A stretch of DNA of 52,209 nucleotides from Octopus bimaculoides (lineage: Eukaryota): positions 18,614,915-18,667,123 of the forward strand of contig NC_069007.1 of assembly GCF_001194135.2 (NCBI RefSeq). The letters run 5' to 3'. Position 1 is the stretch's first letter. Every line of letters starts with the position of its first letter. Below the pieces are notes generated by a model. It saw nothing but the letters and a program-made list of their open reading frames with translations, was not told where the DNA came from and did not search any database. The position numbers were made by a program, and so were the translations under genes. Below are positions 24,488-36,818 of this stretch, one piece after another.

Positions 24488-25101
24488 GGAGGGGAAAGCT
24501 AGACTGGAAGCCAGGAAGAGATGATGAGCAGTGATTTGGCCATCACCGCTGACCCACCAATGGGAATGTGTTAGGGTTTAGGATTAAAACACCCGATGGC
24601 CATTGGTCATCATCTAATGACACCAAATCTTCCTGGTCAAGGATAAAGCTTCATTCATTTAACATGAATGGTGAAGCATCTTCTTTTAGATGTAACCAAT
24701 TACATATATTCATATACATGTACAATGAGGAGTAGATGAGACAGACGACAACTGATGAAGGGTCCTTTCTCTGTGTTTACTTGTCCTGTTTGCCATTTTG
24801 TTTCTCGTTGTTTACGTATTTATCATCATCATCATCATCGTTTTGGCCTTCGTGCTGGTGGCACGTAAAAGCACCCACAACACTCTCGGAGTGGTTGGTG
24901 TTAGGAAGGGCACCCAGCTGTAGAAATTCTGCCAGATCAGATTGGAGCCTGGTGCAGCCTTCTGGTTTCACCAGTCCTCAGTCAAATTGTCCAACCCATG
25001 CTAGCATGGAAAGCGGACGTTAAACGACGATGATGATGATGATGATATATATATAAAATTGGCCAGTTGTCCACAAATGCCCCACCAAAATGCTGTGGCC
25101 T

Positions 25102-25134
<33 letters not shown>

Positions 25135-26341
25135 GTCATCGTCATCGTCATCAGATCGTCGNNNNNNNNNNNNNNNNNNNNNNNNNNNNNNNNNNNNNNN
25201 NNNNNNNNNNNNNNNNNNNNNNNNNNNNNNNNNNNNNNNNNNNNNNNNNNNNNNNNNNNNNNNNNNNNNNNNNNNNNNNNNNNNNNNNNNNNNNNNNNNN
25301 NNNNNNNNNNNNNNNNNNNNNNNNNNNNNNNNNNNNNNNNNNNNNNNNNNNNNNNNNNNNNNNNNNNNNNNNNNNNNNNNNNNNNNNNNNNNNNNNNNNN
25401 NNNNNNNNNNNNNNNNNNNNNNNNNNNNNNNNNNNNNNNNNNNNNNNNNNNNNNNNNNNNNNNNNNNNNNNNNNNNNNNNNNNNNNNNNNNNNNNNNNNN
25501 NNNNNNNNNNNNNNNNNNNNNNNNNNNNNNNNNNNNNNNNNNNNNNNNNNNNNNNNNNNNNNNNNNNNNNNNNNNNNGGCAATATTAGTAACAACAGCAG
25601 CAGTAGGAAGAGAACACAGATAAACATTTACTCACTTGGATATTTTTCAAAGAAAACTCCTGAAAATATAACAATTACTAGTTTGGTGAGAGAGGAGGAG
25701 CAAGGGGGGGGTAGAGGAGATAAAAGAGGGGGAGGAGGGGGCAGAGGGAGAGGAGGGGAGGAGAAGAAAAAGAAATGAGGAAGGGGAGAGAAAAGAGGGA
25801 GAGGAGGAGGAAGAGGTAGGAGGAAGAGGAGGAGAAAAAGGTAGGAGGAAGAGGAGATAAAAGAGGGAGAGGAGGAAGAGGAGGGGAGGAGAAGAAGAAG
25901 GAACAAAGAAGAGGAGAGAAAAGAGGGAGAGATATTCAGCGTGACACAGAGTGTGACAAGGCTGACCCTTTGAATTACAGGCACAACAGAAACAGGAAGT
26001 AATAGTGAGAGAAAGTTGTGGTGAAAGAGTACAGCAGGGTTCGCCACCATCCCCTGCCGGAGCCTCGTGGAGCTTTAGGTGTTTTTCACTCAAGAAACAC
26101 TCACAACGCCCGGTCTGGGAATCGAAACCGCGAACCTATGACCACTAGTCCGCTGCCCTAACCACTGGGCCATTGCGACTCCACATGCCCAAGATAATGT
26201 GCAGGGGAATTGAACTTAAGACCCTGTAGTTGCAAAGACAAACTTCTTAACTGCACAGCCGTCGCTATGCCTGTGTCTGTTGCACCAATGAGTAAATCGC
26301 TAAATAAAGAAAGCAGACGTGAGGTGGGGCAGAATTCTCAC

Positions 26342-26365
26342 CAAACCAGTCGTCGTTCTTCTCTC
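26342..26365 (-). CDS. Candidate 24-nt microexon of the RhoGAP gene (G/EKNDDWF/E)
   Basis: ttgttgcaacag|GAGAGAAGAACGACGACTGGTTTG|GTGAGA; phase 1-1, stop-free; prediction only. Confidence 0.4.
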
Positions 26366-27204
26366 CTGTTGCAACAAGCCACGAGATTTATTTACAAAAA
26401 ATGAACAAGACACACAAAACTCATTGTTACTACTGAAAGCAAACAATGTTTTTCTTTTCAAGTTGGTTTAGAAATACCCCCCTCTCTCTCTCCCACCACA
26501 GGACCTCAGACCAACGACCAACATTGAGTTGAGCTGAATTCTTCCACCCACCCCATCCCACCTTCATTACTCACATAATCTTCCTTTACACACACACACC
26601 ACCATATTGTCAGGTCCAATGTAACCGTTCCAACAACCTGTTTGTCTACAATTGAAATATCATTGTGTCATTTAACATTTTTTTTGATATTTTTTCTTTT
26701 ATTTCTTCCTTTTTCTCTTTCTTTCTTTTTTCATTTATTTATTTATTTATTTTTGGTAAATGTTGACTCTGAGCTCAGAGATTTCAATATTGTCTGCGAC
26801 TGTGTTTACAAGTCGGAGAGTGGGGTTGGCAGTGTGGAAGAGACGACCAGCCAAAACAGCCACACTTGTTGGATTTTCACGTGACCAACCACTACAATTC
26901 CTCATCCATGTTGGCCGCCAGATAAGGACTTTGCCATTTTTTTTCCTGCTTCCTATTGTTACATCACAAATGTTGATTTACGCACCGTCTCCCCAAACCC
27001 TATTCCTGCCCCTGATGTCACTCATAATCAACAACAATGGTTCAAAAAAATATATATTCTAATTAAAAACGCAAATTTGTTTAAGCAGTAAGGAAATAGT
27101 AACTTTAGTTTATTAAAATGGGCAAATAGCAATGTTCCACCTTCGAATGAGAGCATGTATCCCTGCCCCGTAAAATCCTGTTGACTGTTCTTTGAGCCAC
27201 CTCT

Positions 27205-27543
27205 TCACTACCTCCATACTCACTAGATTTAGCGCCTTCAGACTATCATCTCTTCGGTCCCATGAAAGACGGTTTGAGAGGCAAACATTATTCCAGTGAC
27301 GAGGGAGTGAAAACTGTCGTGAAGAAGTGGCTCAAAAAACAGTCAACGGAATTTTACAGGGCAGGGATACATGCTCTCGTTTGAAGGTCGAACATTGCTA
27401 CTGCTAGAAACGGTGACTCTGTTGAGAAGTAGGGATGTGATCCACAGAGGACCAGCTTCATTTTGATGTATGAGACATGTTCCTATGTTGGTAATTATAC
27501 CTGTCCTAAACAAAATGGTATTACTTTTTGACTCACCCTTGTA
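27205..27543 (+). mobile_element. mariner transposon 3' remnant with right TIR
   Basis: PPYSLDLAPSDYHLFGPMKDGLRGKHYSSDEGVKTVVKKWL...(stop); YSPDLAP-type motif; ends ttactttttgactcacccttg+TA. Confidence 0.9.
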
Positions 27544-28447
27544 TATATATAAAAATTGTTACTAAGTCATTGGCTGTGTGGTAAATAGTTTGCTTACCAA
27601 CCACATGGTTCCAGGTTCAGTCCCACTGCTTGGCACCTGGATGCCCTTTCTAACGCCAACCACTCTGGGAGCGTAGTGGGTGCTTATTATGTGCCACGAG
27701 CACGAGGGCCAGTCAGGCAGCACTGGCTTCGACCAGGTCTTCTACTATAGCCTCGGGCTGACCAACGCCTCGTGAGTGGATTTGGTAGACAGAAACTGAA
27801 AGAAGGTCGTTATATATATGTATATATATATATTTAATTATATGTATTTCTTCTATCTTAATGAATAAAAATTCTTCGGATAGGTTGTAATCCTTTGAAA
27901 CATATGTAGGAATAAAGTATGCATTTATAACATGCGTTTTCTCNNNNNNNNNNNNNNNNNNNNNNNNNNNNNNNNNNNNNNNNNNNNNNNNNNNNNNNNN
28001 NNNNNNNNNNNNNNNNNNNNNNNNNNNNNNNAGTGGGTGCTTATTATGTGCCACGAGCACGAGGGCCAGTCAGGCAGCACTGGCTTCGACCAGGTCTTCT
28101 ACTATAGCCTCGGGCTGACCAACGCCTCGTGAGTGGATTTGGTAGACAGAAACTGAAAGAAGGTCGTTATATATATGTATATATTTGTGTGTCTGTGTTT
28201 GTCCCACCATCATCGCTTGACAACCAATGTTGGTGTGTTTACATTGCCTTAAATTAGCAGTTTGGTGAAAGAGGCCGATAGAATAAATACTAGGCTTACA
28301 AAGAATAAGTCCTGGGGGGGGGGTCGATTTGTTCGGCTACAGGCGGTGCTCCAGCATGGCTACAGTCAAATGACTGAAACAATCTTCTGTGCAGGTTATT
28401 CAGCAAGAGATTACAGAATCCACATCTGTCACTCATAACAGAAGAGT

Positions 28448-28486
<39 letters not shown>

Positions 28487-28859
28487 TACACACTAGAAAC
28501 AAACTAAACAGGAGAGATCAACAATACTATATTGACAGATAATTTATTTACTTCTAATTGCAGTGTCGTTAATGAGATACTCATGGTTTCATGTAATTAT
28601 AATCACACCATTCTGACTGACTTGTTTCGTAAGAAAAACAATTAAGGGTTAAAATGGCTTCCATTAAACAGAGAAGTGTGGACGCAAATAGACGACAGTG
28701 ATTTAGGAAGGGTTAAAAAGTGATAGGCTGCTGTGAGATAGGATTATGAGGGGTAATTCAATGGTGTTCGTTTTTTTTAAACGATTTTGTCTTAAACAAG
28801 GCTTGAGGCTACTGTAGTATAGGGGACAACAAAGAAAGGAAAGAAGGGACCAGTAAATT

Positions 28860-29310
28860 TAAAGATGTCAATTGGCAGAAAGTTTAAAGGTCTGTGTGTC
28901 ATAAATCAGAGGGAAAACAAGATGATGGCTGTGAGTTTTGAAGGGCAGCAGTTTGAGGAAAGAAGGTACTAGAATAACGGGACTTATGGCTAACAGGAAG
29001 CTCAACAGAGAAACGATGCACATGTGGAAGGAAATGGGTGATACTTGAGAAGAGAAACTGATGACACAAAGGGGTGTTGAGAGAAGATACAAGACCAGAA
29101 AGTTCATCAGATTGATAACCATGAAAATACTTATGAAAAATGGCACAATGAAGACACATTTTGATGATGAGCCAAAGACTCCAGCTCAGAAGAAAGAAGA
29201 AAACCCATCATATTAACAACTGATTCTGATTTTGAAAACAAGATGATAGTAGTGAGTTCCAAAAAGCAGCAATTCTTAGAATGTTCTTTTCTTCTGAAGA
29301 TGGGCCTTTG
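28860..29310 (-). mobile_element. CR1-group LINE 3' fragment (decayed)
   Basis: LESLAHHQNVSSL / FHKYFHGYQSDELSGLV...HRFSVELP...YSSTFFPQTAALQNSQPSSCFP resembles the CR1-group ORF2 C-terminus. Confidence 0.65.
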
Positions 29311-29589
29311 CACCTGAAATACAAAAGCTTTCTATTTTCTCTCTTTTTACCTTCTTTCATATTACAATGCTTCAAGCAAACTACAACGCTTTTATACATA
29401 CATACATACATACATATATATATCATCATCATCATCATCGTTTAACGTCCGCTTTCCATGCTAGCATGGGTTGGACGATTTGACTGAGGACTGGTGAAAC
29501 CGGATGGCAACACCAGGCTCCAATCTAATTTGGCAGAGTTTCTACAGCTGGATGCCCTTCCTAACGCCAACCACTCAGAGAGTGTAGTA

Positions 29590-29731
29590 TATATTAAGGG
29601 CATTACTATACATAAATGCCTCACGCTAGGAGGGACTCTAAAAGTCAAACTACCATGTTTATTATGCTAGTTTTGACTTTTAGAGTCCCTCCTAGCGTGA
29701 GGCATTTATGTATAGTAATGCCCTTAATATA
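29590..29731. mobile_element. Palindromic fold-back MITE-like element
   Basis: 60-bp perfect inverted arms (29590-29649 / 29672-29731); TTAAGGG...CCCTTAA ends. Confidence 0.8.
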
Positions 29732-30148
29732 AATAAATATATTTATAGGGAATAATTAATAAATTTTTCCCTTATGAGGTTTTTTCATGCTAACTACTTG
29801 ATAAATTCTTATAAAGATTTTATCCTATATTTAAATTATATATATATATACATACATACATATATGTGTGTGTATGTGCGTGAATGCATGCATGAGCACA
29901 CGTCTGTGTGTGTATGTATATGTGTAACAGTATAAGCTGATGTTGAGTAGCATCCCTTTTACGTAAAAGAAAAGCAAATCGTAACCTAGTGCACTGACAA
30001 ACAGAGATCAATAAAATAAGTACTAAACTGAAATAAGAACGATGCCTCGATATGTGTAAAAGACCCTTGAAGGCAGTGCGCTCCAGTATGGGCGTAGTCC
30101 AACGAGTGACACCAGTAACAGTTTAGAAGTAAAGATATTAGGTAATAC

Positions 30149-30256
30149 CTTCTTGAGCAGCTAATTCCAAGCCGTCCTGGTCGAGTTCCAACTCAGCCTC
30201 TTCACAAACAGAATCGTAATCGCCCGCCGAACCTTCGCTGTATTCTTCAAAACTTC
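30149..30256 (-). CDS. ARHGAP1: RhoGAP gene acidic N-terminal exon (G/SFEEYSEGSAGDYDSVCEEAELELDQDGLELAAQE)
   Basis: Acceptor ttcctttctctcttcag|, donor GAAG|GTATTA, 108 nt, phase 1-1, open acidic frame. Confidence 0.75.
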
Positions 30257-32169
30257 CTGAAGAGAGAAAGGAAATATTGTTATTAGTGCAACAGTTTGCA
30301 GTGTCAACATCACTAACACCACCACCATCATCATCAACACCATCACCACCACCATTACCATTTCTGCCATCACTACCTCCACCATCATTGTCAATGCCAC
30401 TACTGCAACCACCACCATCACCAGCATCATCATTGTCAACACTGCCACCACCACAGACTGAAAAAATTATGAACAACCTAATTGATTTTCGAACCTCATT
30501 GGGTTATGTCTCTGTAGATTCCATCTATTAAATTCTAGCCACAAAGGATTGTTCAATTGGTTGATTCAAGACTGTGAAAGATACCTGTTGTAGGTGAGAT
30601 TGAACCTGGAATAATGTCAGTTATGAAGCAAAATGCTAAACCACACAACCACAAGCATATTTACGCCCACATCAAAAAAAACTTCACTCAAGTTTAGATT
30701 TACAGTGACTAGGATGGGCAGTTGAGTACTTTTTTTTTTAATGTTATTTTCGGTTGTTGGTTTTTTCTTTCTTTTTTGTTCATTTTGTATGAGAGTCACA
30801 GATCACGAGATTCCAAAGTTGTGAATTGAAAAGCAGATGAATATGTTCACAAAACACTTAGCCAAGATGCCTAGAATATTTAGTTTCTGGGTCAGCAATT
30901 AACTAGGCCATCATCGTCATATCATAGCTACATTCGTTCATTCGAAAATGAGCCAACTACAAAATATTGGTTTCATGTATATTTTCTCATGTGAAATAAC
31001 TTGTCTTTAATTGAAACAAAGAAGACCTTCTCCTTGTACTGGCGGTGGTGGTGGTGGCTTGACCTCACTGGCTAGATATAGCAACTAGATCACAGTCAAT
31101 TGAAGTACAAAATAAAAATAAAAAAGGAAGGACACATTGTATAATGTAGTCTCTGGTACATTATGCCTAGGAAAAGAGAATGACAGGGTCATTAGGGCTT
31201 GACTACCTTTGACAACAGAAATGTTTAAGCAAAACTATCATTGGGCTAAAGAACACTACATATTCCAAGAATAAAAAGAACAAAACCTGCAAGTGGTCCC
31301 TTCACTTGCTAGAAATAGAAGCCAAATCTCCCTCAACTCACACTACTGTCTCAAACAAGGAAGGACACAGTATATGTGGGGGTACATTATTCATCATCAT
31401 CATCAATCATCATTTAACGTGTGTTTTTCCGTGCTGGCATGAGTTGGATGATTTCAGAAGATCCAGCAAGGTCTGTAAGATTGCTTCAAACTCCAAACGT
31501 CGTCTTTGGCTCGGCTTTAGGAACCTGTCTTGTGATTCTTTTGACCAATATTCCAACCGCATGTCCAAGGTGCTGCACAGAGGGAATAAACCCAAAGACA
31601 TCAGTTACTCAGGCAAGAAGACAGTACCCACGACCTCCTTTTCAAGGGTCATTGAGGTCGCCAAGACTGGCGAGATGGCTTTAAAGATGTCCTTAAACAT
31701 GAAACCAAAATCAGGGCACTAAGAACAGAATGGGATTCACCATGGAGACACAGTGTGCCAAGGAGGTGGTTGTGATGGTGTTAAATAAGGTGACATATTA
31801 AGCCCACTGCTTTTGTAATCTAATCACCGAAACCACTCGAAATTATGCAGAAAATATGTCATAGCAAAAGTGTTTCATTGTTATTTCTTTATTTATTTAT
31901 ACATATTTATTTTATCTTATTTTATTTTTTTTTTGGTGTCTCATATGTCACAGTGACTGTTTTGTGTCATTCAAAATCTAAAACAGTAAGCTTGGGTGTG
32001 TTGTGGCATTGTGTCGAGTATCTGGTGTATAGTAATATGTTGTACACAGTAATCTCGTGTGTGGAGTAACCTATTGTGTGTAGAATGTGTTGTGTATAGT
32101 GTATATATTGTGTATAGCGACACTGCATAGAGTAATGTCTTATATACTTGATGTAGAGTAACACCTTGT

Positions 32170-32560
32170 ATGGAGTACAAATATATAGAGTATAAAGATA
32201 TCGAGTGTAATGTATAGAGTACAAATATACAGAGTATAAATATATAGAGTACAAATATAGAGCATAAGGTATAAAGTACGAACATATAGAGTGTAATGCA
32301 TAGAGTAAAAATAGAGAGTACAAATAAATAGTGTGGAGATATATAAAGTACAAATATATAGAGTATAATGTATAGAGTACAAATATATACAGCATAAAAT
32401 ATAAAGTACAAACATATAGAGTACAAATATATAGAGTACAAATATACAGAGCACAAATATACAGAGTGCAAATATATAGAGTAGAAATATACAGAGTAGA
32501 AATATACACGGTACAAATATAGAGAGTACAAATCTACAGAGTATAAAGTATGGAGTACAA
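32170..32560. repeat. ~16-bp minisatellite (atatagagtacaaat)
   Basis: Directly visible reiteration. Confidence 0.9.
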
Positions 32561-33530
32561 ATTGTGTGTGGAGATAATATCAGCTAATTGTGAGAAGGTA
32601 ATAAAATGTACCACAATAGACTGTGGTACCCAGCAGCATTCACACGGACTGTGGCATGAACTGAGATACCCACCACCAGCCCTTGAAAAGGCCTCTCATC
32701 GTCTCAAATATAGTTGTGCCACAGACACAGGGTCTTTGAAACGTGAGCACTGGGCTGAGGGATTGAACTCACAACTCCTTCACCGCACTTACCAAACTCA
32801 GTAAATGTTCCCCACCACCACCACCACCACACAGAATCTCAGAAACCTGGAACATAGAAATACCACTGGCACCAAGGCAGCCATTGTACAGACATGTCAA
32901 CATCCACCTCGTCTCTTTGCTGTATTTAGTTCAAACAAACATAATAAAAAAGGCGGGAGGGGGACAGATAAAAAGTGGGTCCTGTCTGGTGCCCTTAATG
33001 CTAATATTTGAAGGGAGAAGGGGAAGGGAAAGCCTGTTGGAGGGGCCAAAATATGTAGGGGTTAGCTTACCTGGGTGACATCTAAGGCAATTAGAATCTT
33101 GATACATCATGGTGATGGGCAGCACTGACGAGTTTGTAATTAAATGTTAATTAAGACCAGAGATCATACAGGTCATACATACACACACACACACATACAC
33201 AGAAGTAGTGACACATACATACACAGAAGTAGTGACACATACACAAATATGAACAGAGATACATATACACACATACACACACATATGCACAGAGAAGACA
33301 GCTACACACATACACACAACGGTATACATGCACAAAAACAGTAACACACACACACACACACCACAAAAGCACATACATATACACACAGACACAAAAAGAT
33401 GCAGCAGACAGATGGACAACTGCACACACACAAACACACACACAGACATGTAAATACACGCTAACAAAGACAGGCCCAAGTAGTTAACCAAATGCACAAA
33501 CAGACAAATATATAGATACCTATATATACC

Positions 33531-33574
<44 letters not shown>

Positions 33575-33597
33575 TATATATATGTATATATATATAT

Positions 33598-33636
<39 letters not shown>

Positions 33637-34113
33637 TAGGTACACAATGTTTGGGGACCCCTGCTTTATGCTCTGAGTTTGGAAAGAAAGCTTTGCGGCA
33701 TTCATCCCGACTCATTACGTTCTGGGTTCAAATTCCACCGCAGCCAGCTTTGCCTTTCATCCTCTCAGGATCGATTAAAGTAACGGTCAAGTACTAGGGT
33801 TGAAGGAATCAATTTGGTCCCCTCCCCCCATCTAAATTGCTGGCCTTGTGCCAAAATTGGAAAGGCTACTATTATTGTTAATGTGCCTAAATCTAAAAAC
33901 ACGTACGCAAACACGCACACAAGCAAATGTAGACAACGAAATTTACCGAAGAACTATTAAACTTCAAAAGTTTAGTGCTCTGTTGACTTCTTACAGAAAT
34001 CAGTCAAACAAACAAAGAAATATTGATCAATTATAGGAAAGAGAAGCTAGATTAACAGATCACACCAACTGACCAACTGTTACTATTTATTCTAGAGATT
34101 ACTCATTGCAATC

Positions 34114-34165
<52 letters not shown>

Positions 34166-34638
34166 GTCTTGGTATAAAAAGATGGGCTACAGCAAATATT
34201 CTGCTCAATACCACAGATTTGCTTGTCAGTTGTTTGACCGTAACCAGTTGAGCATGTCTTTTGGTGGCTGACGATATGTACATCTCTGATCACAAGCAGA
34301 AGTAGTTGGAGAGCATCATAGCCATGTGTTGAGAGGAATTTTTGGGGGGTTTGAATAATTCACCTATGGAAACATGGGTGTTTTGCTCAACATCCTTAAA
34401 CGAACCTTACTCAGGGACCTTTTGAGTGGGATGGACTACTCGACCTGAAGAAAATTCTAACTGGGCCCCACCTGCGAGGTCATGCGCTGTTTATCTTCAT
34501 ATGAGATCACCATGTCACGCACATATGGTTGTGATGCATGTACCTGCTGTACCCTTATCAGACTGGTAGTCATGATGGGTATACTGGGCTTCGTATATTT
34601 TACCCCAGTGTCACTTTGATGGCATGCACTGCTCTCTC
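34166..34638. mobile_element. ~470-bp interspersed repeat flanked by (TAA)n; homolog at 41549-41706
   Basis: Shared gagcag..catsaaagtgacactggggta...tcatatsaagataaa in opposite orientations. Confidence 0.6.
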
Positions 34639-34873
34639 AACATTTTTTTGGTCACCTTGGAAACAACTGAAGCACTTGTACACTTGTGTGCGGCTCATAC
34701 ACTCCTCTCCATACACCTTCTGCAACTTCGCATAGGCCTCTGAGCAGGTATCGCCACGACAACTTTCTGTCATGGTCAATGTAACAATCACACGCTACAC
34801 ACCTTCCTTCCAAGCACTACTGTAAACAGTAGAAGTGAGCTAGAGTGTTAAAACTTATTGATCAGGCCTCGTA
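34639..34873 (-). mobile_element. mariner transposon 5' remnant
   Basis: TA+cgaggcctgatcaataagt terminus; GDTCSEAYAKLQKVYGEECMSRTQVYKCFSCFQ resembles the mariner N-terminal HTH. Confidence 0.8.
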
Positions 34874-36507
34874 TTGGTAAGATACTGTAGATATGTCAGT
34901 ACAAAATTCAATTTAAGCCATAGAGCTGACTTAGGGCTGGTTCAAAGTGCAGCATATACATACATACATACATATATATGATGTGTTTCTTTCAGTTTCT
35001 TTAAGCTAAATCCACTCACAAGACTCTGGTTGGGGATTTTGGTAGAAGACCCTTGCTCACCCAAGGTCTTCTAAACACCATTATTAATACTATGCATGAT
35101 ATTTCTACCTGTAAATAAAGCAAAGGTGAATGTAATTAGCTCTCCAAAAAGAGCTATAAACCTGCCCTCCATATATACCTGCTTGAAAGATAACAACAAA
35201 TAAATGTCATTAGCCCTCCAAAACATCAACCTAATTAATACTACCTATCAAAAATCTACCTGTGATATAACAACAGGTAGATATAATTAGCTGAAAGTAA
35301 CCTGAACCTCTCTGCAGTTATCTACAGATATAAAACCTCAGTCTCGTGTTTCTCAATGAAGTTAGTTTGGTATTTCTATTATTCCCTCGAAGCGAAACTA
35401 ACGGTTTCTTTTGTGTGTTCTTGAATGGTTGACAAACACCTTCCACACTGCAATTGTTTTTGCTTCAGCACACAATCTCAGATCAAGTCACTTGCTATGC
35501 AAGTACATCTCAATATATAAATCGATAGCACCAGTTGATCCCCGGATTTTATAATCCCTAAAGAGGAAATTACATCCTCAATATTGACTGAAAATAACTC
35601 ACATCCCGATACACGTATATAGGTATTTATATCCATGTATAGATAATTGAATGTGAACATGATTACTATTTATACATATCAGGATAACTGTATATAAATA
35701 TTGTTATTAAGTTCTGGCAGAATCATAAGCACGCTGGACAAAATGTTCATGTCTTGACATTCTTCTGAGTTCAAATTCCACTGAGTTCAACTTCACTTTT
35801 CATCCTCCCAGGGTTGATAAGATAAGTACCTGTTGAGCACAGGGGTCGATGTAATCCATTTACACCACCCCCACTCTGAAATTGCTGGCCTTGCGCCAAA
35901 ATGTGAAACCAATATTTTGTGTGTTCGTTTGCTTGATTGTTTGTTTGTTTGTTTGTTTGTTTCACTTTTACAATTTTCTTCCTCCTCATCATTTTCATTG
36001 TTTTAACATCCATTGTTTTCTGCTTGCAACAACGCTGTCTTAACTCTCTCAGACTTGGGCCCCTGTGCCATGCAGTGGAACTGAACCTGGAACCATATGC
36101 TTAGGAAGCGAACTCCTTAACCATGCCACCAAGTCTGCTCCTACACATACACACACACACATTTATATATACATATATGTAAGTATATATGTATATATAT
36201 ATATATATTCACACATACATACACACAAATATATATGTAAAAGCACCCACTACACTCTCTGAGTGGTTGGCGTTAGGAAGGGCATCCAGCTGTAGAAACT
36301 CTGCCAAATTAGATTGGAGCCTGATGTTGCCATCCGGTTTCACCAGTCCTCAGTCAAATCGTCCAACCCATGCTAGCATGGAAAGCGGACGTTAAACGAT
36401 GATGATGATATATATATATATATATATANNNNNNNNNNNNNNNNNNNNNNNNNNNNNNNNNNNNNNNNNNNNNNNNNNNNNNNNNNNNNNNNNNNNNNNN
36501 NNNNNNN

Positions 36508-36782
36508 CCACTCGTGACCGAGGAAGACCATTGCCGACCTTCAGGAACATTCTGCGCTCTAGGACTAACTTATATTTTGCATTTACGGCTCCGTTGGTGG
36601 CTAATAAGCCCTGCTCTTGACAAGCATACACGACTGCAAACATTGCAGACCAAGGTTTCCCCATTCACTATATGAGCCGTACACTTTCGCGCAGCTCGCT
36701 TAAATTCTTCATGCTGGATACGTGCTCTCTCAAAAGTGTTGATCCCCTCCTTAACCAACTTCCTCCATCTGTGGCGATGACA

Positions 36783-36785
<3 letters not shown>
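36508..36785 (-). mobile_element. RTE-clade LINE 3' end
   Basis: HRWRKLVKEGINTFE...KRAARK...CNVCSRVCLSRAGLISHQRSR* (C-terminal Zn-finger typical of RTE/BovB-like elements) plus short 3' UTR. Confidence 0.8.

Positions 36786-36818
<33 letters not shown>

Noticed and set aside
28868-29146. Hydrophobic ORF resembling a GPCR transmembrane helix
   Set aside because: Alternative frame of the decayed CR1-group LINE; the other frame matches the LINE C-terminus.
31410-31722. 138-aa + ORF with an in-register minus ORF
   Set aside because: Complex sequence following a family C-like end, but no motif or splice sites I can recognise; probably a TE remnant, unassignable without a search.
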